DNA from: Owenia fusiformis
Lineage: Eukaryota
Assembly: GCA_903813345.2 (NCBI GenBank)
Contig: CAIIXF020000001.1
Location: 42,098,001-42,162,000 of the forward strand
Reading direction: 5' to 3'
Length of the DNA stretch: 64,000 nucleotides
Position 1 is the first letter of the stretch. Each line of letters begins with the position of its first letter. This document shows, piece by piece, positions 37,301 to 47,652 of this stretch. Made by a program: the position numbers and the translations under genes. The notes under the pieces were generated by a model. The model saw nothing but the letters and a program-made list of their open reading frames with translations, ran no database searches and was not told the origin of the DNA.

Positions 37301-40300
37301 TGAGACCTGATGTTACAGTGCTCCCATTAATTTTTAGGAGTTTATGGCCTTCCAAAATGCCCTGGGAATAATTCTACACTTTGCGATTATGTCCGAAAGT
37401 TGTTGAATTATGGAGCTTATGTTGGGTAAGCATACTTTTAGTGATTATTAGTTCTTATAAACCATTGTTACCACATGTATATGTGTCTGTCTATCTGTCT
37501 GTCAGACCCTCCCTCCTTCCCTACCTCCCCTGTCCATCCGTCCGTCCGTCCGTCCATCCGTCCGTCCATTGCTAAGTATGAAAATAGCTGTCACTTTTGT
37601 TTAATGACACAAATGTGGCATGAAGTGGAATTTCATGTACTGTATGATATATTTCTACAATTTATACCTGATATATTTACACATGTGTACGTCATTCCCA
37701 AACAGTTACATGACCAATGCATTTGTGTATGAATATGAATGTAAAGAAATATAAAAAAACTAATTCCATGTATATAACTAACTGCTGACAGCGGTTTTGG
37801 TTACTTTTTCACTTCACTTTTTCCCATCATTTACTTGTTTGTTCCTTTGGTCTACATGTACATGTATATGGAAGGTAAAATGTGACCATGTGATGATCTT
37901 GTAAAGTGAATATACTAGGTTTTCCAATGTTTGTTTTGGCCAGGTTTTACTTATAACAAAGCATCGATCACGCTGACTAACTAAACTTGCTCATTTTACC
38001 CAAATGGACTTTACCCATAATGCTTTGTGTGCAAAGATCAGACGTTATAGAAACACTACTACTGAAACTAACTGTGTAAGATGACTATTTGACATTATTG
38101 TATTATTATTCATTAAAGAATTACTAAGTGGAATATTAGAGTTTGGGTAGAACTAAGAATGTGTCATCGACTTGAACTTGAGTTTGCGTTTCAATTCAAT
38201 TTTGACCTGAAATGAATATGAAATGATATGAGAAATAAGATTCATATTTCATTGAATGTATCATGGTGCATCTGTCACTTTTGATACCTCCGAGCAAGGG
38301 GAATATTACTTGTGAAAATGACAGGTTTTAAAACGAAGATAGAATGAATTACAATGACAGGTTTTCAATGAAGATAGATACTTCTATCTGTATTAATAAT
38401 CACTGTTATATAGATTAAATAATGAAATCATACCCCCTTATGTTATATACCAAATGAAAGCTTAAGTGTATGACCTGAACCAGTCAGTGAGTGAAAAAGG
38501 TGACAATGAAATTATAAAGCATTTTGCCTATTGGATTGTACAACTACCCCATTGAGTTACTTTTTTTCTTGATATAATTTATGTGACATGAAACACTTTA
38601 ACAATGATTTTCATTTTTATTTTATTACAAATAATAACAATAACCTTTATTAGTTTAAATCTTCATGTCAATATTATTACAATATTACTATTCTAATTGA
38701 ACAATAAACTAGATAAAGTGTCCAAGATAACTGGTTACTTATTGTGTGTTCTATTCTTTCAGATTTGTTCAGAATAGGTAAGTCCATTAATGTATTCTCT
38801 AGCTGCGTTTTATTGAGAATATATACAAGAATCACCGACAATAAAAAACAGCAACTTTAAAGCAAATCTAGATTTCCACACTTTAGATGATCTCTCATGC
38901 TTTCCTGAAGAGGCACTCCACAACAAAGGGAACATATAAAATAAACCTTTCACACAATTTTTGTAATGGTAGGTTATTTATTGTGAGAAACTGAATGTAT
39001 TTTTTCCTGAGGGAAAATCTGATGTTTTCCGATTGACCACAGAAGCCAATAACTATTGTGTTATATGAAAAATACAATAAAAAAGTAAAACTTGATGTAA
39101 ATATAAGCAATGATGCATACATGATTAGTTTCATACTGCAATATATCTTCCTTAGTTCAAGGTTCATTATATTGACTTCAAACAGATACATATTTTTTAT
39201 TGTCTATAGGATTGTTCAGGCTGAATATTGGCATGATCCAATGAATGAAGATGAATACAAGGCAAAGAGCGTCTTCTTGGCCGATATTAATCAGGAACGG
39301 GTAAAAATGATTTATTGTATTCAGTGAATTTGAACTTCCCCGAGCTATGTCATATATTAATTTTATGCTTTCTCACAATATAATTACTGAGTTCTATTTG
39401 TTTGAAAATGATAACTTCGCAGATATGGTCAGGCGGAGATATTTACCCTGTAGCCTAGACGTTATGATTCTACAAAACGAATTGGATAATTGATTCAAAA
39501 ATCGTATATCAACGATTGATGACTTTCAAAAATACCCTTGAGACAATTCAATATTTTTTGATATCACCTGCACAAACAAATACAATATATGGATATCTTC
39601 AGTGTTTCTGTAACACCTTACCTTCAACAAGGGGGACACCTGTACACAATAGCACATACTTTTATCTTTTCAGGTAAAGAATCCTGTATACAAGACTAAC
39701 CTGATGAAGCTTGCCAACTTGGTACTGGTTCAATTTACTGAGGACACTGTTGTGGAACCTAAAGAGTCTGAGGTATTAATATATGGAGAGTACATGTTCA
39801 TGTATACATGCTTATTTACTGGTTAGGATTAAATATGGGTTTATTCCTTGTGACAATATGATATTTCCCTCTGAGCCCTCAGGAATATCATATTGTCCCT
39901 CGGAATAAACCCAATATTGAATCCCTCCTAGTAAATAACCTCTATGTAGTCTATTTGCAGTATAACATGGGGAATGAAAACATTCCGGAGCATGTATAAT
40001 TTACCCAGTTCAATTGTGACAAACTTGATGTTCAGTTAATCTATTTCACACAGTCTGTGCATAAATGTAGCTTTCTGTGTTATAATATTACAAGATTCCA
40101 CACCTGTGAGCAGTAGAATGTAATAAACCCACAAGGTAATCTGAAACTAAATCATGTCAATTCAATTTCATATTCTGTTTAGTCTTTTCTGATTCTGCCT
40201 TTCAAATGACATTTTGTGCAAAACCACATATTTGATATTTATGTACAGTAAAACTGGTGCATGTGGAACACCTTTGTACCTCACAATAGTGGGAGAAGCC

Positions 40301-43300
40301 ACATTGAGATTAATTCTGCATTTTGAGTTTATCTCGTATTAAGTGTCCAAGTTTTTGTGGACTGTGTTCAGTGGTTTGCTTTTGGAGTTTGGTGTCTGTA
40401 ACAATTCGCAATAACTTTCATGGTGGTGTCACTTTGTCATGTTAATGCCTTGTTTAGAAAGAGTTCCCCATACTTGGGTATTCCACTTCACAGGTTTGAC
40501 TGTACTTAATGAATCGATTCATTTTCTTCTGCATCGTTACATGAAACATCATTTTCGCATGCAATCAATCTTCTATAAACAGTCATTAGGAATAGCACAG
40601 AAGTGTCTCTCCTTAAATGTTTTATTATCAATAATGGTTGATGAGTATGTTGAGTTTTGCTCTGTAGTCTTTAATCATATTTTTGGGTCTAGTCTAGCGG
40701 CAAATGTTTGTGGCTTCCCCCCACTGCACACCTCCCCACAAGTTCGAAGTAGATAAAGGGGGGGGGGGTCCAGAGTCTTAAAGTAAGATTATTTGGGTTC
40801 ACTGCATTGCACTAATTGAAAGATGTTCAAAAATTACCTTAGTGAGAACTACAGGATGTCAAAAAACAACGGCACCCCCTCTACAGCAAAAAGGACTTAA
40901 TGTTACATGGTGTGTCATATTTCATTTTAAAGAAAATTTAATTCTGGAGTTACCTGAGAAATTTCAGCTTTATATCATATAATTTTACAGATTTACAGCT
41001 GATTCTTAGTAGTTGGTATGACCACCAGTTGCTGCTCAAACAGCAGCTTATCTGGACAGATATGATTTCAATAAAAATTCACATAAAGGTGTAGCATTGC
41101 ATAATCCTCTTCGCACTTTCTTCACATTCTTCAGAAATACATCCTTACTGTGTCTTTTTTCAAGAGGCTCTTTGTCTATCAGTTCCTATACCCTGTTTTT
41201 AAGAAATGAACCCATATGTTCAGTGCAGTTGAAATCTAGGGTAATTCTTTCATATTTCACTTTCTGAAGATTTGACTTTAAACCAGTAACAGAGCAGCAA
41301 ACAAAGTACCAAGTAGCAAACTTTGAAACAATGTAGCCTTTTTAATATTAAGTTTTATTAAATGAAAGGGGATATGCCATTAAGAGGCCATTCTCTGACT
41401 TAGTCATTTTTTCAAAAGTGTGAAAATAAAAAAATTCATGAAAAGTTCTTAAAATATTCTGAATAACAAGTTGAATATATCTATTTAATGATGGCACAAG
41501 CAAAAGTCTGAAAATTATAATGAAATGAGGGGTTTTGACAGATGCAAAATATGGTAGATTTGTGATGAAGAAATAGAGGTTTTTGCAGTAACAACACAAT
41601 TACCTCGAAGTTATCCATTATGAGAGGCTGAGGACTAAACTTGACATAATTTTCAATCTCAGATTATCAGTAGTATCTAACTAAAGCCGGACAGCCACTC
41701 AAAATGTATATGGAGCCCATAAGATTCATTTTTCTCAATTGAAGTCACTATTTCTGTTTTTAGCTTCAGAAGATAGGAGGTACATGAACATGCTAAGTTT
41801 ACCTAGACCACAAGCCTTACCACAAATATAAAGTATATAGGAATAGAGTTGATATGTGTGAAAACCTTAAACTTCCCATTTTATTGGGGATGGAACTTGT
41901 GGACCATGTGTATTTCTAACTTCTTCACATGTGCATGGATCTAAAATTGTGGCAGCCATCTTGGATTTGTCATATTATGTGGACATGGTTTTGGTTGTGC
42001 TGAATTTGTTTCAAAATAACATTTCTTGTATACCTTCGATAAGTGAGATAGGCATTTGAAATTAAATACAGATAGTATACTTGACATTTAATGCAGTAAA
42101 CAGTAATACAATTCATTCTTACATAATAAGTGAGTCCAGACAAAAAGTTGTTATTGTGTTAGTTTAACTGGGCATAAATTACACTCATTGGCCTTGGTTT
42201 TCTTAATTGGCTTGGATAAAATGTTGTTCTGTTTAATCAGAAAAGGAGTATAGTTCAATATACAAGTTCACATTCGTTCCATCCTCTTGTAGAAATGAAT
42301 CTCATATTATTTCATCTCAAATATAGAACACAAAAATATAATAAAAAACAAGTTTCTATTAATTGCAAAAGTTAGCTTCTATGTCATGACTGAGTTTGGG
42401 TTCCGTTTCTAGGGAAAAATATCCATCTGGAAATATCGTATTGACCATTGCTATACACTCCATATTTAATCCTCCCAGTAAATAACATTGATATACAGTA
42501 TACAAGTATATATGACATCAAGGATCTGGGGTTTGGGTAACGTGAGACATGAGGCCACTTGTCTTTTTTAATCTCATATTCAATATTCTTTCTTTAAACC
42601 CTCATATTTAATATTTTTGGAGTGGTAATTCAATTATGTACCTATTTTTTATTCTTTATCCCATAGTTGAACTCTGTTCCGCTCTGTTAGGTAACATAAA
42701 AACATATTTATGATATTTTGCAAATGCGTGGAAAAAGTGATATCTTTGGAATACGGAAAATATTTCACAGATATCACCTTTTGGCAGGGATTTGAAAACT
42801 ACCACCAATATGATGTGTTTTGTTACATAGTGATTTCATGACATCACGGGGATGAATGAATGGATGTTGTTTTGATATGCTTTGTTTAGTTTTAGAGGTG
42901 AAGTATGGGAAAAATAGAACATCCAATGCATTTTCGTGATATTGTGTTAATCCAACTCATTGATATCAATATCTGCGCTAATTCGCTATGCTAACTTGGC
43001 AATATATTGATATCAACTCGGAGATAAAGATTAAATCATTTAAAATCATATGATATCCTATACATATCCTGTAACTGTGCCACAACTTTCTCATATGTTA
43101 TATAATTGGCACAGGCCATCATTTATTTTCCTTGAATTCATGCTTTTGTTCTTCGTTTTAGAAATGAGAGGAAATCTTTGATTTTCCTTGTATTTAAGTT
43201 GCTTTAATATTGCCCTGTGATGTTGATAAAAGTCAATAGTAATCCATTACAGTCACAGTTGAAATGTACCCATTGCTAGCCCAGAACCTACCAAAATAGC

Positions 43301-46300
43301 ATTTGCATTTTGTCAATATTGCCCTATGTGCTTTCCATGAAAATAATTTTAATTGTATCTTTTCTTCAGTATTTCATATATTACATTTTAATATATTTAA
43401 ATTGGTTAATACTTACATACTATTGACTTAGACAACAATAAATAAAGAATTTTTTGTAAAAACACCAAAAATGGTATATGATCTTTAAATGACTGTTGTG
43501 TGAACATCAAAGGTCAAAATTCGCTGAAATTGTATTTTCATAAAGCACAAATGATTTTTCTTCAATATGATATGCATTATTATCAGTTATCTTTGGGGGC
43601 TAAAAAGGGCTCTTAATGACACCCGTCCTTTGATGAGTAACTCCAGAATTAAATTATCTTTCAAATGAGGTATGACACGATATGGAACATTAAGGACTTT
43701 TTGCTGTAGAGGGGGGTGCCGTTGTTTTTTGACACCCTGTACATGTACTTAATGTTTATGTTTAACTTGAGATGTGAATTTGGAGATTGTGACAATATTC
43801 AAAGTGATAACTACTACTCTTTGTTTCTTCTTCAATGCTATTTCTTCTTCAATGGCATGCATATATAATATTACTGATTGAAGTATTCATGTTTCAGTGG
43901 TTTGGATTCTATAAACCTGGGCAAGCCAAAGAGAAGTATACACTACAAGAGAGTCCACTTTATAAAGAGGTATGTTCACATTCCCAGGGTTTTACATTTG
44001 CAGGATTGAGGATTTGAAGAAAATTCTGGACACAATTTCCTTAAGTACAATGTAGTACTATTTATAGTTTGGGTGACCTCACAGTCCTAAAACTGATTAG
44101 CTTTCAGTCAATACTAAAACATCCCAGGAGTAGCTTATCTTTAGAATTAATGTGGCATTCTAGTCTCTCTGAATGGTGATTAATAAAAACAATTTGTATA
44201 ATACATATGATTTTTCATGTTCAAAAGTGTTTATATAAGACAGGTTAATTTTTCAATATGACTGTTCACTGTTCAAATTGAGAGATGTTCACACTCAAGG
44301 TGTCTTAAACATACAAGTCAAAAACAGGAAGAAAATACAGAACCGAAAAAATGGTCAGATTGGGAGGTTTTCGGATTACCCATGTGTTGAAATGTACAAG
44401 TTTAATGGCTGTACCTAACCTTGTATTCGTGAATGCAACTAACGCCTGTCAGCTACCGGATTAACCTAGTATTTTATGACCAACTTATTTAGATATAGTG
44501 TCAGGTACTATTCATATATAAAAGAGTTACCCATAAAATAGTAGGTTAATCGGTGGCCGACAAGCGTAAGTTGCATTTGCGAATACAAGCTTAATTAAAG
44601 GTCACCTAATATATTCCATTAGATTACTTTACTTACACACTACTGATAGATGTCAGCACATGCTTGTCATTGAAATATTGTTTTATATTAACGCATAGGT
44701 AATAGATGTCACTAATTTAGAACTATTTGTCACCTGCAAAATACACAGACCGAATGCTTGTGATCATATTTGCACCAACCATCCAATTTGGCCTCAGGCA
44801 TGCATAACCTACCATTTCCATTGGATCAATACTACTTTTAATCCATATATCCTATGATCCTCTCCAAGAATTTCACTTTGGATCTAATTGTTGTCCAAGA
44901 TGGAATATTGGCAATGGTGAGATCCATATTTAAGAATAGACTTGATATGTAGATGCAAGTGGAAATCATCTTTATTTGCATTGTTAAAGATTCAAAATTC
45001 AGTCAAAGTGATGTCATATTTGAATTCTACATGTAAAATCACAAGCGTGGTTTGAAAATTGTTTATCTTTGAAAATGTGACTTCTAGGTTGGGTAAATTC
45101 CCCATAGACCCCCTGTTATAGAAACATAAAAAGTGGAATATATTTTCTTGTATTGGACAGATAATATTTTCTTTTACTGGACGTATTTTAATTTGCATAA
45201 CTATTAGATACATAAGGGTAATATGAACCACCATAACTGATGAATATTCAAGTTAAAGGGAACTTTGTACTAAATCTGCCATGCTATCTGACCTGATTAA
45301 GCCACCTGGTGGTGAAACTGGAAACTGCCTACTCACATCTGGGTTATTAGAAGTGAAAGAGGGCGTAGAAATGTCTCATATTTCTTAAGGACTGCTCACA
45401 CATGAACAAAAATACCCTGCCATCAACTTGCATGTTCTTTCGAATAGAGTAAAATTCGAGTAAAATCCGTTCCCATTGTAAGTTATACATTGTTGGTGTG
45501 TTTGTATGTGGAAGTACCCTATCGGGAAGCTTCTGACAGCTCCGGAAGCAAGGGATAGGTATCAATATGGTGAACTGAATTCAACAATGTTTTTCTCTTA
45601 AACCAATTATTGAAAACATTCTGTAAAATACACGGTCCTTTATGTAATGTTGACTAATTGGCAACAATTTAATGCAAAAATTATTTATATATATTCTATA
45701 TAACTGTTTTTGTTAACATCTTTTGTTTTTTAGTGCAATTACTCAGATGCAAGTAGGTAGTTACCAGTTTCGCCACCAGGTGGCTGATTCGGGGGAATTA
45801 ACATGGCAGGGTATTACAAAATTCCCTTAAACTTGAATATTCATCAGTTTTAGTGGTTCACTTTTCATATTACCTTTATGTATCTGATAGTTATACAAAT
45901 TAAAATATGTACAGTAAAAGAAAATATTATCTACCCAACACAAAAAAAGATATTTCACTTTTTGTGGTTTTACAACATGGAGTCTACGGGTGCCCCGACC
46001 TAGAAGTCACATTTTCAAAGAAATTTAAATTTTCAAAGTTGATAAACTCTTTTCAAAACCACATTTCTAAGTGTAATTTTACTTGTAGATTCCAAATATG
46101 ACATCAGTTTGACTGAATTGTGAATTGTTGATGATGTAAACTCAAGATTATTTCTACTCGCATCTGGTATATTGTTTTTTTTCCTTTCTACCAATTCTTG
46201 AGAATGAAATAAAATGTCTTTCTGAACCTTGTTGGAACAAAATAGCATATACAACATTTTCTTAGACCTCTCAATATTATAGTTATACAAAGGAAATTTT

Positions 46301-47136
46301 GGTTGATTTAACAAAAAGTATGCAAAAACTTAAAACAAAACCCCCCAAAATAGATAAAAATTAAGATAAACCTTTTATTTCATTAACAAGATACTTATTT
46401 TCAAATCAACCAAACTTTCCTTTGTACAATTACAATAGAGAGAGAGACCCGTTGTGTTTATGTCGGTTTGTTCCAATGAGGTTTGAATATTTGTTTTCTT
46501 TTATTCCGAACATATGATACCAAGAGTGAAAGAAGTGTCTGATGTGTTTTCTAAAACAATATAGAGAAAAAAAAAAAAAAATTATAATTATAATGTTACC
46601 TTCCAAAGGATGACCATTAAATTGACAATGTGTAAAATTTTCAGAATGTTTAAGAGAAACGCGTTCACCATATTGATACCACTCCTTTAAAATATGGGAT
46701 ATCCATTCTGAGAGGAAAACATATAATACAATTTTGAAAATTTTATTGAGACTTACTACCAACTAATTCTTTTCCTTGTAGTCTATTGTAATATATTTTT
46801 ATATTGTACAACTTTTGATTTTAGCACTGATATGCCCTTTTATGGGTATCAAGTGCCAACACTGTTAATGTAATACTAAATGAATATGATAATAAAAAAT
46901 AAAATAAAATAAATTCATAGTCATAACTAACACTGAAACACAACTTCTTTTAACAGAAAACATATGTAATTGTTAATCAGAATAACATTGCTGAATAATT
47001 GTAATTTCAGGACTGGTTGGGACTGAAGGCAATGAATGAGGCGGGTAAGCTTCACTTCCTGGGAACAGTCGGAGATCACATGCAGGTCAACGAGACATGG
47101 TTTATACAAAACATCATCAAGACTTTCTTTGTTTAA
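19383..47136 (+). CDS. PPT1: Palmitoyl-protein thioesterase 1 (lysosomal), 305 aa, 10 coding exons
   Basis: Exons 19383-19500, 29479-29588, 34251-34378, 35600-35670, 37338-37425, 38763-38777, 39210-39300, 39674-39772, 43898-43969, 47011-47136; all GT-AG, 918 nt, open. Signal peptide followed by [19 protein letters not shown], nucleophile [46 protein letters not shown], catalytic Asp ([16 protein letters not shown]) and His (GDHMQ). Confidence 0.97.
19759..19995. mobile_element. Tc1/mariner-type MITE, TA TSD
   Basis: ta|cagttggggacataaataaatgacaggtggattt ... aaatcgacctgtcatttatttttgtccccaactg|ta. Confidence 0.85.
20646..21783. mobile_element. Non-autonomous TIR element, TIRs of over 60 bp, 5-bp TSD TTAAT
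   Basis: ttaat|cacggggtaccatcgaataattttggcaacgtaccggagaacgacattttactaagaaatggcaataattta; the exact inverse ends ...gatggtaccccatg|ttaat (one mismatch near the tip). Confidence 0.88.
21003..21513. mobile_element. TTAA-flanked Kolobok-like element nested in the 20646-21783 element
   Basis: ttaa|agcagatatgaaat ... atttcagttgtcct|ttaa; internal palindrome ttggcccccacgtgat / atcacgtgggggccaa; an independent partial inverted copy lies at 36471-36798. Confidence 0.65.
22151..22333. mobile_element. MITE, CAG...CTG ends, 5-bp TSD TTCAA
   Basis: ttcaa|caggggtttcattag ... ctaatgaaacccctg|ttcaa (perfect 15-bp TIR). Confidence 0.8.
22455..23262. repeat. Two inverted arrays of degenerate 15-bp units (gggattcagaccaat) around a spacer of about 450 bp
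   Basis: 22455-22660 rich in aatccca/tctgaatc; 23115-23262 rich in gggattcagacc. Confidence 0.6.
24191..24282. repeat. Minisatellite, 31 bp x3
   Basis: atagaaacaacaagaaatattgaagaaattt at 24191, 24222 and 24253. Confidence 0.9.
27560..27985. repeat. Repeat fragment related to the 44990-46125 foldback arms, followed by a direct duplication with a period of about 207 bp
   Basis: aattcagtcaaactgatgtcatatttggattctacatgtaaaat is shared with 44996 and with the reverse complement of 46119; gattcccgtttta...agaaaactcc..atgactcctggttcaa..gctc.cctattttcaaaatggtca occurs twice. Confidence 0.7.
28960..29476. repeat. 70-bp minisatellite with internal sub-repeats, abutting the PPT1 exon 2 acceptor
   Basis: ataagatgttgaacttctcacccatacttttaagatgtctaactcctaacctatactattacccatattt at 29091, 29161, 29231 and (partial) 29301; degenerate units on both sides. 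Confidence 0.9.
30142..30242. mobile_element. Tiny Tc1-type MITE remnant, TA TSD
   Basis: ta|cagggtgtcaatttga ... tcatttgacacctg|ta. Confidence 0.55.
31361..31644. mobile_element. Degenerate Tc1-type MITE, TA TSD
   Basis: ta|cagggtgagccaaa ... tctggcccactctg|ta. Confidence 0.45.
32935..34048. mobile_element. Non-autonomous Transib/RAG-like element: TIRs of about 49 bp, one end CACAGTG, 5-bp TSD GGAAC
   Basis: ggaac|cacgttgtccaacccaaacgctctgacatgcacga ... tcgtgcatgttagagcgtttgggttagacactgtg|ggaac. TIR and TSD are seen directly; superfamily is inferred. Confidence 0.75.
36471..36798 (-). mobile_element. Partial inverted copy of the 21003-21513 TTAA element
   Basis: ttaa|aggacaactgaaatag...gcagctaca.aaatgtggtttt...ggattgttgtgtaaacaaataacaaaa...ttatgacgtcat...tggaccaaaa..ccacgtgggg is the reverse complement of about 21180-21513. 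Confidence 0.75.
37533..37568. repeat. (TCCG/TCCA)n microsatellite
   Basis: Direct reading. Confidence 0.8.
38763..38777 (+). CDS. PPT1: 15-nt micro-exon of PPT1 (encodes G/FVQN/R)
   Basis: ctattctttcag|ATTTGTTCAGAATAG|gtaagt; phase 2/2, gives [17 protein letters not shown], restoring the expected PPT1 spacing. Confidence 0.85.
   Translation: MCSE
39812..39938. repeat. Small palindromic hairpin element (relatives at about 18340-18490 and 42390-42487)
   Basis: ttatttactgg..ggattaaatatgggtttattcc..gacaatatgatatt / aatatcatattgtc..ggaataaaccc.atattgaatcc..ctagtaaataa. Confidence 0.65.
40852..43739 (-). mobile_element. Fossil Tc1/mariner transposon (2.9 kb) in PPT1 intron 8
   Basis: ta|caggatgtcaaaaaacaacggcaccccctctacagcaaaaag ... 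ctttttgctgtagaggggggtgccgttgttttttgacaccctg|ta; transposase remnant inside. Confidence 0.85.
41006..41245 (-). pseudogene. Degenerate Tc1-family transposase C-terminus
   Basis: Translates as [17 protein letters not shown]...[20 protein letters not shown], matching the Tc1 pattern SPDLNPIEx.W..LK..V ... L..SMP.R..AV....GG.T.Y; three in-frame stops. Confidence 0.75.
44420..44589. repeat. Palindromic MITE-like hairpin
   Basis: cttgtattcgtgaatgcaact.acgc.tgtc..ct.ccg.attaaccta.tattttatg / cataaaatagtaggttaatcggtggccgacaagcgtaagttgcatttgcgaatacaag. Confidence 0.7.
44990..46125. mobile_element. Foldback element with imperfect inverted arms of about 360-390 bp in PPT1 intron 9
   Basis: 44990-45349 is the reverse complement of about 45736-46125 (e.g. 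aactgatgaatattcaagtt / aacttgaatattcatcagtt; agataatattttcttttactg / cagtaaaagaaaatattatct). Confidence 0.85.
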
Positions 47137-47485
47137 CACTGCGATAAATTACTATAATTGTTATGAGTTAAAATCCAAAATGATTTCACGATAGAAAATT
47201 CTGCAGATACACCCATAGAGTTATTCATCGAGGTCTACATGAATGAGTGCAAATGTTGATTAGTTTTTGTATTATTCATATTAATCAAGAAATGTTCAGC
47301 ATTTACACAGTTGAGTCTAAACTGAACGACTCAATGGGAAAATTATTCCACATTTGCAGAAAATTGATGTTTAATTAGTAAAACCAAATTACAATTGTAC
47401 TGTGAGGTAGAGTGACATAGATGTGCTGGTCATAATCTGTGTAACATATAAACCATGAGATTCAAGAAACGTATGACAATAGGGA

Positions 47486-47652
47486 CAGGCCCGTAGCCAG
47501 GGGGGTTCGGGCCAAAATTTCTTTCAAAATCATGCAGTTTTTCACCATTCTGACTATTTTTTGAGTGATTTTTGGACAAATTTGCCAAAGTGAACCCCCC
47601 TAGATTTTTTGTAAAAGTGAACCCCCCTTGGAAGATTCTGGCTACATGCCTG
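47486..47652. mobile_element. G-tract MITE, CAG...CTG ends, 5-bp TSD AGGGA, 350 bp past the PPT1 stop
   Basis: aggga|caggcccgtagccagggggg ... ctggctacatgcctg|aggga. Confidence 0.8.
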
